DNA of 64,000 nt from Methanobacteriota archaeon (lineage in GTDB: Archaea > Methanobacteriota > Methanobacteria > Methanobacteriales > Methanobacteriaceae). The stretch covers positions 96,001 to 160,000 of the forward strand of contig CAWBCJ010000029.1 in NCBI GenBank assembly GCA_963787255.1, written 5' to 3'. Below are positions 1 through 10,930 of this stretch, in pieces (position 1 is the stretch's first letter; the number at the start of each line of letters is the position of its first letter). The translations under genes were made by a program, and so were the position numbers. The notes below the pieces were generated by a model that searched no databases, was not told where the DNA came from, and saw only the letters and a list, made by a program, of their open reading frames with translations.

Positions 1-363
1 CTTAGAACATCTCTTCAGGAGTACTATAACTGTCTTTTCGTGCTCTTCTTCTGGAGAAATCAATTCAATAAGATCTTCTGAATTAACCGCATCATCTGTA
101 AGCGATATTACATATTCATCATCCGGTTCTTGAACTACTAGTGCAATGGGAAATATTTCCGCTGCTACAACGCCCTGTTTTTCATTTCTAATTACATAAG
201 TTTGTATTATAGGATAAATAGTTCTTTTATCTAGTTTAATTACTTTTCCTATATTGGTGTTTATTATTGGTTCTGTAATAGTCTTTATTGTTCTTTTCAT
301 TTTGTTCATTTCTGTTTTTCTTGAATTATGTACTCCTTTGAACATTTTCCTTGGATTCCTCAT
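1..363 (-). CDS. Partial ORF running off the window edge; divergent GerW/YtfJ-like protein
   Basis: Not in the ORF track. Manual translation from ATG at 363 gives MRNPRKMF...IGKVIKLDKRTIYPIIQ...AAEIFPIALVVQE, which parallels the IGETMEIGDKVIIPI...IQPLSVVVV pattern of the YtfJ ORF upstream. Confidence 0.55.
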   Translation of the reverse strand, partial: MRNPRKMFKGVHNSRKTEMNKMKRTIKTITEPIINTNIGKVIKLDKRTIYPIIQTYVIRNEKQGVVAAEIFPIALVVQEPDDEYVISLTDDAVNSEDLIELISPEEEHEKTVIVLLKRCSK

Positions 364-377
364 GATATTCATTTTTA

Positions 378-971
378 TCAGCCTCTCGCTTTTCTAAGTT
401 CACCAAGCAGTGATCTAACTGGTTTTTTTGTAAAAGCCTTTAGTCCTTCGATTGCTATCCATAAAAGTATTAATTTTAATTCTATTACGAAAGAACCGTC
501 AATACGTTCTTTATTAAAATCAGGTTCCACATTTAAGTATGCGTTTGGAATAATATTATTTATTAATGAAGCTAAGCCCCATAAATACCCGCTTATAATT
601 GCTGTATCTGCAGGACTATCAAATCCAATAATAGAATCAATTGATATCTTTTTTACAGAAATAGATCTTAAAAATGCTTTAAATATATTAAAAATATATG
701 GTAACGATTCTACAGAAAGTGTAATTATCTTTGGAATGCGGTTAAAATCTATTCTTTTTTGCTTTTTTTCCTCTTTAGGTTTTTTCTTCTTTTTATCCGA
801 AGGAATCTTTCGTTGAATTAATCTTATCTTTAGCCAGCTTACTTTGAAATGCCCCTCATTTACAGAGCCCTTCCTGTAAAGCTGCATTGAAATTTGAAAA
901 GGAACCACCAGAACCCCTATTAAAATTAAAATAATAATAAGGATTATGATGGCAACTGTTAGGTATGCCAC
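378..971 (-). CDS. DUF2953 / YtfI-like membrane-anchored protein
   Basis: N-terminal TM helix; GFDSPADTAIISGYLWG and VEPDF motifs; directly downstream of a YtfJ homolog. Confidence 0.75.
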   Translation of the reverse strand: MAYLTVAIIILIIILILIGVLVVPFQISMQLYRKGSVNEGHFKVSWLKIRLIQRKIPSDKKKKKPKEEKKQKRIDFNRIPKIITLSVESLPYIFNIFKAFLRSISVKKISIDSIIGFDSPADTAIISGYLWGLASLINNIIPNAYLNVEPDFNKERIDGSFVIELKLILLWIAIEGLKAFTKKPVRSLLGELRKARG

Positions 972-992
972 TACTATCCACTCTTTTAATAA

Positions 993-1469
993 TTACATTT
1001 CTGAACCAGGCTCTTTAAACTCTTCAGATTCCTCTCCGCCTCCCTTCTTTTTTCCTGCCATTTTCATTCCTTTTTTCATCATTCCGCTAGGTCCACCTTC
1101 TTTTTCTATCATTTGTGTTATTGCATACCCTAAATCTGTTGCTATTTTTGATAGAGGACCCATTCCAGATACAGATAGTATTTGAACTCCTTCAGGGCCT
1201 TCTACGTTTTTAAATACTACTACTACTGATAAGGGTTGTATTCCTGCTCCTCCACCGGCACCTGCTCCTGATCCTTTCTGGCCTTGCATCATACCTCCCA
1301 TTCCGGCCCCAGTTCCAAACGCTAAACCAACTTTAGTTATAGGGATTATTACTTTGTCCCCTATTTCCATTGTTTCTCCTATTACGTTATCTGTTGCTAA
1401 AACCTTTAAAAGTTCATCAACGGTTGTTTTAACCATATCTGTCATGTTTCCCATCATTTCTTCAGCCAT
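993..1469 (-). CDS. GerW/YtfJ family protein
   Basis: VIGETMEIGDKVIIPITKVGLAFGTGAG...GAGAGGGAGIQP signature; GGAGGT RBS. Confidence 0.85.
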   Translation of the reverse strand: MAEEMMGNMTDMVKTTVDELLKVLATDNVIGETMEIGDKVIIPITKVGLAFGTGAGMGGMMQGQKGSGAGAGGGAGIQPLSVVVVFKNVEGPEGVQILSVSGMGPLSKIATDLGYAITQMIEKEGGPSGMMKKGMKMAGKKKGGGEESEEFKEPGSEM

Positions 1470-1810
1470 GCTAATTATACCTCCAAATAGTTTTTAAATA
1501 GTATTCTATTACCTTTATGTAATACTAAATATATATAATTTATTAATATTCAATATTTTTTGTTCCATTTATATACACTTTTAATTAAAAAATATGCCAA
1601 TATAACTTTTTTTATTAATATACAACATAATATTGAATTTAAGCCAAATAAAATGACTAAAATAGCTCTAAAAGTTATTTAAATTGAAAAAAATACATTA
1701 TTAGGCCCAAAAAGGCAAAATTAAAAAAAGAATAAATAAACCAAAAAAAAGTAATCAAATGATGGATAAATATTATTAATATCATAAAAAATCATAAGTG
1801 GGAGGATCTA

Positions 1811-2735
1811 ATGAAATCAACAGGCGAAAAAATAATAAAAATCATTAAATTAGCACGTTTTCAATTTATATTTGGCGGATTTTTATATTTTTGTCTTGGA
1901 GCATTTTTTGCGGTTTTATTAAACGCAGAGTTTGCTTTAAATAAATTTTTACTCGGTTATGCTATTTTCTTTATGGCACATCTTTCCATGCAATACAGCA
2001 ACGATTATTTTGACATGGAAGCAGATAAACATGGTAATCCCAGCCAATTTGCCGGTGGGAGCGGAATTCTATTAGAAAATCCCGAACTTAAAAATTTTTC
2101 AATATGGTTTTCAATTACACTACTAAGCCTATCATTAATCCTCGCTGCAGTATTTGTGGCAATATTTTCATATTCTATTTGGTTCTTCATATTTGTGGTA
2201 TTTGGTAACTTTTTAGCATTTTTCTATGCAGCTCCCTCCAATTAAACTATCATATAAGGGGCTTGGAGAACTTGCAACAATTTCCATAGGCTTTTTGATG
2301 CCAGCAATGGGCTATTTAACCCTAATGGGAACAATAAATATACCTTTCGTTATTTTCTCCATACCTCTACTCCTTTACCAGCTATTATTCATTAATGCTG
2401 TCCAAATTCCAGATATGGAAGGAGATAAATTAGGAGGTAAAATCACTTGGATTGTAAAAAGAGGACGTATCTTTGGATTTAAAACTATAGCAATTGCCGG
2501 ATCATTAGCCACCCTATCCTTCGTTGCCATTTCTCTTACCAATCTGTATCCCATCACTATTAATTTCAAAGTTATTGCGTTTCTTTCAATTATTCCTCTT
2601 GCTTTTGCAATATTGAGTTATTTAAAAAGATCTGAAGATAGAATGGCTGCAACTACTCTTGTAAATAGAAATCTTTCTTCTTTAATTGCGTTTGTAGCTA
2701 TAATAAACTGTTACTTCATTTACCTCATTGTATAA
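1811..2735 (+). CDS. UbiA/MenA-family prenyltransferase, split by one frameshift near 2235
   Basis: NDYFD motif, GGSG, FFYAAPP-IKLSYKGLGE across the junction, second Asp-rich motif PDMEGDKLGGK; ORFs 1811-2245 and 2226-2735 overlap. Confidence 0.8.
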
Positions 2736-2749
2736 TTTAGTATATAGCA

Positions 2750-4157
2750 ATGATCTGGCGAATAAAGATGAATAACAATGATATCAAAAATACAGTTTTA
2801 ATTACAGTGGTACTTGGATCTTTTCTTATACCATTTATGGGAACATCAATAAACCTTGCACTTCCCTCAATCCAAACAGAATTCTTATTAGATGCTGTTT
2901 TGCTAAGCTGGATTCCAACTGCATTCATTTTAGCTAATGCTACATTAATACTTCCATTTGGAAGATTAGCAGACATACATGGTAGGAAAAAAATCTTTTT
3001 ATATGGCATTATAACCTATACATTTGCCTCATTTCTTGCTTCAATCTCTCCTTCTGGAATCCTACTTCTTATATTTAGCTTTTTACAGGGAATTGGCTGC
3101 TCCATGATTTTTGGAACAGGGATAGCCCTTATTTCTTCAGTTTTCGAACCTAAAGAAAGAGGAAAAGCTTATGGAATTTATGTAGCCTCAGTCTATACTG
3201 GAATTTTTAGTGGATTAATATTAGGAGGATTTTTAATCCAAAGTCTGGGATGGAGAAGTATTTTCATTTTTAATGTCATTTTTGGTCTTTTATTAATATC
3301 AATTGTTTTACTGGAAGTTAAATCAGACTGGACAGGATCCAAAGGAGAAAAATTCGATCTTTTAGGTTCTATACTCTTCTTTTTTACAATATTTGCATTG
3401 GTACAGGGATTTTCAAATCTTACCAATGGAAATTTAGGTAAATATTTACTACTTGTCAGGACTTTTAGGAGCTCTAATCTTTTTAAGGTATGAAAAAAAG
3501 TTAAAATATCCTCTTTTAAAGATATCTATTTTTAAAAACCGAGTATTTACAATTTCAATAATTTCTATCTTAATAATCAATATTGGAACCACTGCAATAA
3601 CCTTTTTATTAAGTCTTTACCTCCAATATCTAAAATTATTAAGTCCTAACACTACAGGGATCATATTAGTCGTACAACCTCTTTCAGTGGCAATTCTATC
3701 TCCATTTGCAGGTAGAATATCAGATAAAATTGATACCCGAATAATTGCCTCAATTGGAATGACAATAACAACCATTGGACTCTACTCATTTACTTTTTTA
3801 AATGAAAATACTTCTTTAAGCTTTATAATTTTGGGATTAATTCTTGTTGGAACGGGGTTAGCTCTTTTTTCATCTCCCGCCACAAATGCAGCCATGAACT
3901 CCGTAGGTAAAAAAATCTATGGAACAGCTTCAGCAACAGTTTCAACTATGGTATTTCTAGGGCAGGTTCTGAGTATGGGAGTTGTAATCCTGATTTTTGC
4001 ATCATATCTTGGAAATGTCCAGATAATTCCCCAGTATTACAACCTGTTTTTAAAAAGCGCAAATACTGCATTTATTGTCTATACCATAGTTTGTTTTATA
4101 GCAATATTTGCACTACTTTTAATTGGTAAAAATAAAATCTCAGTTAATAAAAATTGA
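2750..4157 (+). CDS. MFS drug-efflux transporter (DHA2/EmrB-like), split by a frameshift near 3455
   Basis: MFS motif A GRLADIHGRKK, GWRSIF, second-half AGRISDKID; highly hydrophobic. Confidence 0.85.
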
Positions 4158-4201
4158 TTGATCTAATGGCTTAATCTAAAAATAACCTATAAAATATTAA
4201 A

Positions 4202-4669
4202 TTAAATTTCAAGGTATTTTTTAATTTTGTTAATAATCTTCATTCGTACATTTTGGGGGACTTTACGAACTCCTTGTTTTGATTTCATGGTACTGAACCC
4301 AAAACATGGGTCTTTAAAAATAATACCTTCAAATTCAATTATTTGCTTGTATCGCGGTATGAAATGCCAGTGTACATGAGGATCGGGATGATCATTAAGA
4401 TAGGATAAATTCATTAGGCAACCCCAATTAAACATTGTTGAATTAAAGGCCTTTTCAAGTGCAGATTGTAAATTTTTAACAATTTTACTAAATTCTTGCC
4501 ATTCTCCATCTTTCAATCTTCCTAAATCGCCTTCATGCCTTTTTAACGCTACAACGCAGGTTCCTAGGTTCTTCTGATCAGGAGCAAGTAAAATAAACCA
4601 GTATTCTGTCTCAACTATTAAATCCCCATAATTATGACCTCGTAATACTTCAAAATGTTCTGAATCCAT
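4202..4669 (-). CDS. HIT family hydrolase
   Basis: Histidine triad PHVHWHFIPRY. Confidence 0.85.
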   Translation of the reverse strand: MDSEHFEVLRGHNYGDLIVETEYWFILLAPDQKNLGTCVVALKRHEGDLGRLKDGEWQEFSKIVKNLQSALEKAFNSTMFNWGCLMNLSYLNDHPDPHVHWHFIPRYKQIIEFEGIIFKDPCFGFSTMKSKQGVRKVPQNVRMKIINKIKKYLEI

Positions 4670-4811
4670 ATTAATTATCCCATAGTTCTATTTATGTAAT
4701 TTAAATTTTAAAACTAGACTTTTCTATTTATTTTATTTGTAATAGACCTTTGCAAAATTTTATTAAATTTGTTATATAAACTAATAATATAATGACCTAG
4801 GGGCTAATGTA

Positions 4812-5123
4812 ATGGAATTTGAGAATTTAAAGGATGAATTAAATGAAATGAGTGACAATAAGAGAAATGAAGTTATTATGGGTTTAAGAAAGGACTGTAT
4901 CTGCCATACATGTCCCACATACAATACCTGTACGCGACAAAGCGAAGAACTCCTTTATTGTATGGTAGGAAGCAGTGATTGTCCCATACACGAAAGAAAA
5001 TGTTTATGCCCTCAAGATTGCCCCATATATGAAAGATTTAACTTAAAAAGGTCTTTTTACTGTTCTCTTAATAAAAAAAGGAAAGATCGATTAGTATATA
5101 ATAAAAAAATTATTAGAGTATAA
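4812..5123 (+). CDS. Cys-rich DUF2769-like protein
   Basis: CICxxCPTY...LYC..G.S.C...CLCP..CP...FYC pattern typical of methanogen DUF2769. Confidence 0.7.
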   Translation: MEFENLKDELNEMSDNKRNEVIMGLRKDCICHTCPTYNTCTRQSEELLYCMVGSSDCPIHERKCLCPQDCPIYERFNLKRSFYCSLNKKRKDRLVYNKKIIRV

Positions 5124-5212
5124 AATTTCTTTTAATAGCTCAAAATTGATTTAAAATAAGAAATTACTTACTGTTTGAAAATAAGATATTAACATACAAA
5201 CGGTGTTTTTTT

Positions 5213-6232
5213 ATGACCTCACTAATCTATTCAGACGAATATAGAAAGCATGACACAGGAAATCATCCTGAAAATCAAGAAAGAATTAATGCAATCATGA
5301 GATCACTTAAAGATGAAGATATTTTAGATAAAATCAATGTTACATCTCCACAAGTTGCAACAGAAGGAGATCTTCTAAGAGTTCACACAAAAAACCATGT
5401 TGAATACATTAGAAATTTCTGTGAAAATGGAGGAGGATATATAGATTATGATACCTTTGCAGCACCTGAAAGTTACGAAATAGCCAAGCTTGCTGCTGGT
5501 GGGGCCATCAAAGCGGCAGAAATTGCTTTTAAAAATGATGAAAATGCATATTCCATTGCACGTCCTCCGGGACATCATGCAACTCACAATAAATCTATGG
5601 GGTTCTGCATTTTTAATAATTTGGCCGTTGCATTAGAACACTTGCGGCACAAAAATAACGTGAAAAAATTCCTTATTTTAGACTTTGACGTCCATTTTGG
5701 AAATGGAACCTCACATATATTTTATAATGACCCGAACGTGCTTTATATATCAATACATCAAAATCCAAGAACAATATTCCCCGGATCAGGTTTTGTAGAC
5801 GAAATAGGAAGTGATAATGGTGAAGGATATAATTTAAATATCCCTATGGCTGTTGGATCAACCACTGACGATTATGTTTACATGTTAGATGCAATCCTTG
5901 AGCCTATTGCCTCTAAATTTAATGCAGACTTCTATTTTTTAGATGTTGGATTTGATGGGCATGTAGATGATCCGCTTTCCAGTTTAAGTCTCACAGATGA
6001 TTTTTATGAGTATATAATCCATAAGATGAAAAACATTGCTGGATCTATGGCTTTAATCTTAGAGGGAGGATACAATTTAAATGTTCTTTCAAGATGTAAT
6101 GTTAAAATGATAAATGCATTAAACAATATAAGCAATGATGATTGTTATAAACATGAGCTGACATTAAGGATGGAGAACCAAAATACATTAAATAGAATAA
6201 AAGATGTATTTTCACCATTTTATGAATTTTAA
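5213..6232 (+). CDS. Histone deacetylase / acetoin utilization family deacetylase
   Basis: HPENQER, RPPGHHA, GFCIFNN, DFDVHFGNGT, LEGGY motifs. Confidence 0.92.
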   Translation: MTSLIYSDEYRKHDTGNHPENQERINAIMRSLKDEDILDKINVTSPQVATEGDLLRVHTKNHVEYIRNFCENGGGYIDYDTFAAPESYEIAKLAAGGAIKAAEIAFKNDENAYSIARPPGHHATHNKSMGFCIFNNLAVALEHLRHKNNVKKFLILDFDVHFGNGTSHIFYNDPNVLYISIHQNPRTIFPGSGFVDEIGSDNGEGYNLNIPMAVGSTTDDYVYMLDAILEPIASKFNADFYFLDVGFDGHVDDPLSSLSLTDDFYEYIIHKMKNIAGSMALILEGGYNLNVLSRCNVKMINALNNISNDDCYKHELTLRMENQNTLNRIKDVFSPFYEF

Positions 6233-6346
6233 ATCACTAAAATTTAATCAACTAACAAAATATAAACATAAAATGGTAGTTAAGATAATAATGATTGTAT
6301 TAAATAAGTAAAAGATATATTATTTGCCATTTTTTATGAAGTTAAG

Positions 6347-7030
6347 GTGATATTTATGGAAAAATTAAGACTCCAGCAAGCTCAACAATTAATAGAAGAA
6401 GCAGGGAAGAGAGAAACCGCACCAGAAAAGCTCAAAAGTCCGCGAGAAGGAACTATTAACGCTGATGTTTTTGGAGAAACATTGAATGAATTAATTGAAG
6501 CTGAAGAATTCATTTACTCCAGCAGACCATCACATAAGCTGAATGAAGAAGATGCAAAACAATTCTGCAGCAAAATTTTAAGCGTTAGAACTAAAATAGA
6601 TGAAATTTTAGCTGATTTCGGGGTTATTGAAAAAGAAAGCGTAGAAGAAGAAATTAAAAAGCTTTCAGAAGATATTTTAATTTTAACAAGCAAAAACAAT
6701 TTTAAAAAAGTTTTTGCAAAATTTGGAGTTGACCCTCAAAAGATAGTGGTTGCAGGTGTGCCACTCGAAGTTGAAGATATGAAAGTTTTAAATCCCAAAA
6801 TTCCAGAAGCTGCACTTGCAGGGATTTCTAAGAAAATTGAACACGTTAAAAACGATATACAACGAAAAATTGACGGTTTAAATTTAGAAAAAATTTTAGT
6901 GATTGTTGAAGCTGACAATGCTGGCGAAGTTCTTGGTAAACGTTCCAAAGAAATTTATGATGCTGAAGTGGTTTTTTTGGATAATTTAAAGGACATTACA
7001 CCTGAAGACTTTAAAGAAATTATTTCTTAA
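6347..7030 (+). CDS. DUF2100-like conserved methanogen protein
   Basis: SRPSHKL and GVPLEVEDMKVLNPKIPEAAL resemble DUF2100; typical position upstream of mptA. Confidence 0.6.
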   Translation: MIFMEKLRLQQAQQLIEEAGKRETAPEKLKSPREGTINADVFGETLNELIEAEEFIYSSRPSHKLNEEDAKQFCSKILSVRTKIDEILADFGVIEKESVEEEIKKLSEDILILTSKNNFKKVFAKFGVDPQKIVVAGVPLEVEDMKVLNPKIPEAALAGISKKIEHVKNDIQRKIDGLNLEKILVIVEADNAGEVLGKRSKEIYDAEVVFLDNLKDITPEDFKEIIS

Positions 7031-7405
7031 TTTTTTTAGGTGAAGTTACTTTTTATTCTTCAATTAAGAAAATTAAATTCAATAAAGATTTTCTTTCAAT
7101 TTTTTAGTTTTGTGATTATTAAAGTATTAAAAGCGCCCATTTTAATTTATAAAACATTATTTAAACTTTATTACATATTAACAGTTCAATAAGCTTTAAT
7201 TTAGTTATTACTAAGTTTAAATAATGTTTTATATCAATTTGACCATATTAAAGTAATTAATGAAGCATTGGAAGTTGTATGTAAGTTTTCAGTTATATTA
7301 TAAAATCAAAACATATGAATTTCAAAATTTTTTTTAATTACATTTATAAATCAGTTAATCGTTACTTAAATTAATAAATAATTAAAATGATTTAAAATCA
7401 TATAC

Positions 7406-8449
7406 TTGGAAACTATTAAATATTACTTAAATTATGATTTACCTTCAAAATTTAGATTTTTGAAGGCTAATTATTATCTAATCGGGGTGAAAAATTTGGT
7501 TATCAAATGTTTTCCAGACACACAAGATAAAATACCTACAATTCCAGTGCATCTAACAAGGGTGGGGGTTAGCGGGGTTAAAAAACTTCTAAAAATTGAA
7601 AGAAACGAAAGAAGACCGATAATTCTTTTACCGACATTTGATGCATTTGTGGATCTTCCCAGTAAACAGAGGGGAATCCACATGTCAAGAAATCCAGAAG
7701 CAATAAGCGACGTGCTTGAAGAAGTTGTTGACGGTACAGCAGTTGAAATAGAATCTCTTTGTGCTGAAATAGTAAGTACGTTACTGAAAAAGCATACATA
7801 TGCAAAAAGAGCAGAAGTAAGCATGAAAAGTGATCTTATGATGATTAAAAGGTCTCCAGTTACAGGTTTAAAGACTCAGGAAATGACCAACATCATGGCA
7901 GATGCTACAGGCTTTAGAGACGGAGATGAAATTGTAATAAGAAAAATGATCGGTGCAGAAGTTGTAGGGATGACTGCATGTCCCTGTGCACAGGAATCTG
8001 TACGGGAAACATCAAGAGAAAATCTCCTTGAGTTTTTAGATGAAGAGACTACTGAAAGAGTTCTTGATTCTGTATCTCTTGCATCGCACAACCAGCGAGG
8101 GCGTGGAATGATCATGATAGAGGTTCCACACCAAGAAGTGATGCGTGTAGAACAACTTATAAAGATTATAGAAGAATCAATGAGTTCTTCTGTCTGTGAA
8201 CTTCTAAAAAGGCCTGATGAGAACGCTATTGTTGTTCAGGCTCACAATAACCCCATGTTTGTTGAAGATTGTGTAAGAAATATGGTGCAGAAAATAGTGA
8301 ATGAATTTAAACATTTCCCTGATGACACTCTTGTTACTGTTAGGCAGGTGAATGAAGAGAGTATACACCGGCACAACGCCTTTGCAGAAAAAGTAGCCAC
8401 ATTAGGTGAGCTTAAATATGAAATAGAAGCTATAGACGACAATGATTAA
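7406..8449 (+). CDS. mptA: GTP cyclohydrolase MptA (FolE2 family); true start probably near 7497
   Basis: PDTQD, LTRVGV, RGIHMSR, GMTACPCA, SHNQRG, NPMFVEDCVR, ESIHRHNAFA. Confidence 0.93.
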   Translation: METIKYYLNYDLPSKFRFLKANYYLIGVKNLVIKCFPDTQDKIPTIPVHLTRVGVSGVKKLLKIERNERRPIILLPTFDAFVDLPSKQRGIHMSRNPEAISDVLEEVVDGTAVEIESLCAEIVSTLLKKHTYAKRAEVSMKSDLMMIKRSPVTGLKTQEMTNIMADATGFRDGDEIVIRKMIGAEVVGMTACPCAQESVRETSRENLLEFLDEETTERVLDSVSLASHNQRGRGMIMIEVPHQEVMRVEQLIKIIEESMSSSVCELLKRPDENAIVVQAHNNPMFVEDCVRNMVQKIVNEFKHFPDDTLVTVRQVNEESIHRHNAFAEKVATLGELKYEIEAIDDND

Positions 8450-8476
8450 TTTATTTTAGATAGGAGAGGGTAATCC

Positions 8477-8911
8477 TTGATGCAGACACATAAAATAGCA
8501 AGTAAAGTAATGGAAAGTTTAGAAGCATTTCATGGTTCAAAACCTGCTATAGATGCCAATAATATCCTTATTGTAAGAGGAATGACAAAAAAACAATTTA
8601 ATGTAGAAATGGAAGTTTTTCTTTCAAATGTCTTAAAAAATATGGGTGCTAGAGAAATCGACATGTTTTCTAAAGAAGGTGGTAGTATTATAGGGATCAT
8701 GGACGAAAGAATAAGATCTAATGTCCCTATTCAAAGTGAAACCGACGTTTCAGGTATTCAGATGATGAAAGATTCCCTGGAAGCTATGAATTGTGATGTA
8801 GCTGTTACTATGGGTATTTCCAATGATATAGGGCTATTTATAGTAACATGGGATGATAAAAGTGGGTTAGGGCTACGATTTGTTGAAGTTGTTGTTGCAA
8901 ACCTCGAATAA
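8477..8911 (+). CDS. DUF2120-like conserved methanogen protein
   Basis: EAFHGSKPAID...LIVRG and C-terminal WxDKSGxGxxFVEVVV; lies between mptA and cofG. Confidence 0.6.
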   Translation: MMQTHKIASKVMESLEAFHGSKPAIDANNILIVRGMTKKQFNVEMEVFLSNVLKNMGAREIDMFSKEGGSIIGIMDERIRSNVPIQSETDVSGIQMMKDSLEAMNCDVAVTMGISNDIGLFIVTWDDKSGLGLRFVEVVVANLE

Positions 8912-8942
8912 AAACTTTATTTTCTATTTTTTTTAATTAACA

Positions 8943-10034
8943 GTGGAAGGTATCATGGCAGAATATTCAAAAGATGACATATTATCTCTTTTAAATGCAA
9001 AAGGCAAGGATATTTTATCTTTAATATCTTCTGCAGAATCAAAAAGAGATACAAATAGGATTACTTATTCAAAAAATGTTTTTTTACCCTTAACTGACAT
9101 CTGCAGAAATGAATGTGGCTATTGCACCTTTAAAAAAAATCCTGAAGATGAAAATGCACGAATTTTAATGGATCACGAAGAAATTTTCGCTGTTTTAAAG
9201 GATGCTGACAAATGGAGATGTAAAGAAGCTTTATTTACTTTTGGAGAACGTGCAGAAGAGTTTGATGAAGTTAAAGCAGCTCTTGAAGATCTAGGCTATG
9301 ATAACATGATTGAATATCTCTATTTTATCTGTGATGAAACGCTGAAAAATACAGGTCTTTTACCACACAGCAATCCTGGAGTGCTCAAAAAAAGTGAACT
9401 AAAGACTTTGAGGGAAGTAAATGCGTCCATGGGGCTGATGCTTGAAACTACAAGCAAAAGGTTAATGAAAACAGTGGTACATGAAAAAAGTCCTGGAAAA
9501 GATCCTGATTTAAGGATTAAGACCATTAGAAATGCTGGAAAATTAAAAATACCATTTACTACAGGCTTGCTTATTGGTATTGGGGAAACAGTTGAAGAAC
9601 GTGCTGAATCCCTTCTTGAAATAAAACGGCTTAATGACAAATATGGCCATATTCAAGAGATAATAATCCAGAATTTCAAGCCTAAGCCGGGAATTCCGAT
9701 GGAATCATGGAAAGAGCCTTCTTTAATTGAAATGATCAAGATGGTCGCTGTTACAAAAATTTTATTTCCAGATACTGGTGTTCAGGTCCCTCCAAATCTG
9801 AATAAATATAATGCTCAGGTATTTCTCCTTGCAGGCGCTGACGATTGGGGTGGTGTTTCACCAGTTAGTAAGGATTATGTAAATCCAGAGGCTCCCTGGC
9901 CAGAAGTAGATGATTTAAGAATAATTACGGAAGAAATGGGTTTATTTTTAGATGAAAGACTTCCAGTATATCCTGATTTTATTAATGAGACATTTTTAAG
10001 TGAAAAAATAATGAATAAGATAAATTCTTTTTAA
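8943..10034 (+). CDS. cofG: FO synthase subunit 1 (radical SAM)
   Basis: ITYSKNVFLPLT, CRNECGYC radical SAM motif, SMGLMLET, QVPPNL, DDWGGVSP, DYVNPEAPWP. Confidence 0.95.
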   Translation: MEGIMAEYSKDDILSLLNAKGKDILSLISSAESKRDTNRITYSKNVFLPLTDICRNECGYCTFKKNPEDENARILMDHEEIFAVLKDADKWRCKEALFTFGERAEEFDEVKAALEDLGYDNMIEYLYFICDETLKNTGLLPHSNPGVLKKSELKTLREVNASMGLMLETTSKRLMKTVVHEKSPGKDPDLRIKTIRNAGKLKIPFTTGLLIGIGETVEERAESLLEIKRLNDKYGHIQEIIIQNFKPKPGIPMESWKEPSLIEMIKMVAVTKILFPDTGVQVPPNLNKYNAQVFLLAGADDWGGVSPVSKDYVNPEAPWPEVDDLRIITEEMGLFLDERLPVYPDFINETFLSEKIMNKINSF

Positions 10035-10078
10035 TCAATTCAATTTTCTAAAAAGAAGATTTTAATTTTCAGATTTTT

Positions 10079-10105
10079 GATCAACTTTTTTTTAAAAAGG
10101 TTGAT
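10079..10105. terminator. Hairpin/oligo-T between convergent cofG and response regulator
   Basis: ATCAACTTTTT...AAAAAGGTTGAT inverted repeat between two convergent stop codons. Confidence 0.4.
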
Positions 10106-10147
10106 GAATTAGATAAATTCTTTTTTTAGAGTATGGATTTTATCTTA

Positions 10148-10546
10148 TTATTTACTTAGAATGAACCTTTGATGTATTCTTCGTCTGTAAAGAGCGTCTT
10201 CTACTGTGTATTTAAGTTGATTTTCCTCAAATGGTTTTGATATATATCCATAGGGCCTTGTTGCCCGCATAAGTTGTATTATTTCCTCGGTTAAATAGCC
10301 TGTAATGTAAATAACAGCCGTGTCAAAAGTATTAGTTATTTTTTTTGCCAATTCAATTCCATTATCATTTTTTTGTTTAATATTTATTAATGCCAAGTCT
10401 GGTTTTACCTCACTAGCTTTTTTTAAAGCTTCTTTTTGAGATGATGCTATTATTGGAGTATTATAACCCCAAAATTCAAATCTATCTTGAAGATCCATTG
10501 CAATGACTGCTTCATCTTCAACAATTAAGATTGTTACAGTGTACAT
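10148..10546 (-). CDS. Stand-alone response regulator receiver domain (atypical)
   Basis: ILIVEDE, PDLALINI, VIYITG, GYISKPF. The canonical phospho-Asp position appears to be Asn. Confidence 0.85.
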   Translation of the reverse strand: MYTVTILIVEDEAVIAMDLQDRFEFWGYNTPIIASSQKEALKKASEVKPDLALINIKQKNDNGIELAKKITNTFDTAVIYITGYLTEEIIQLMRATRPYGYISKPFEENQLKYTVEDALYRRRIHQRFILSK

Positions 10547-10930
10547 AAGTCATATCTCCATTTATTTTAATAAAGTTCATAGTAATACTATACTTAATAT
10601 TGTTATTAATTATTATATATAAAATTTGCAATAAATAGAATATATCCCACAATTCCCATAGAAAAGCTTGATTTTGTATAATAAAGATATATTTTTCCTT
10701 AAATCATGTGAAATAAGTGTATGGATGCTTCTTCAAATATACATTATTTAAATATTAAAAATAATATTAGTTCATTATTGACAAAAATAGAACTAATCAA
10801 TATTTTAATTGTACTGATTTACGTTAATATCAAATAATTAAAATTAATAAAATCTATTGCATAGATTATCTTTTAGAATCCAATTAATGTGACGGATTTA
10901 AAATTATATAAAAACAAATGCAGGTGAATT

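Noticed and set aside
7031-7490. Long AT-rich intergenic region upstream of mptA, considered as ncRNA or replication origin
   Set aside because: No GC-rich stems, ORB-like repeats or adjacent cdc6/orc1; consistent with ordinary promoter DNA.
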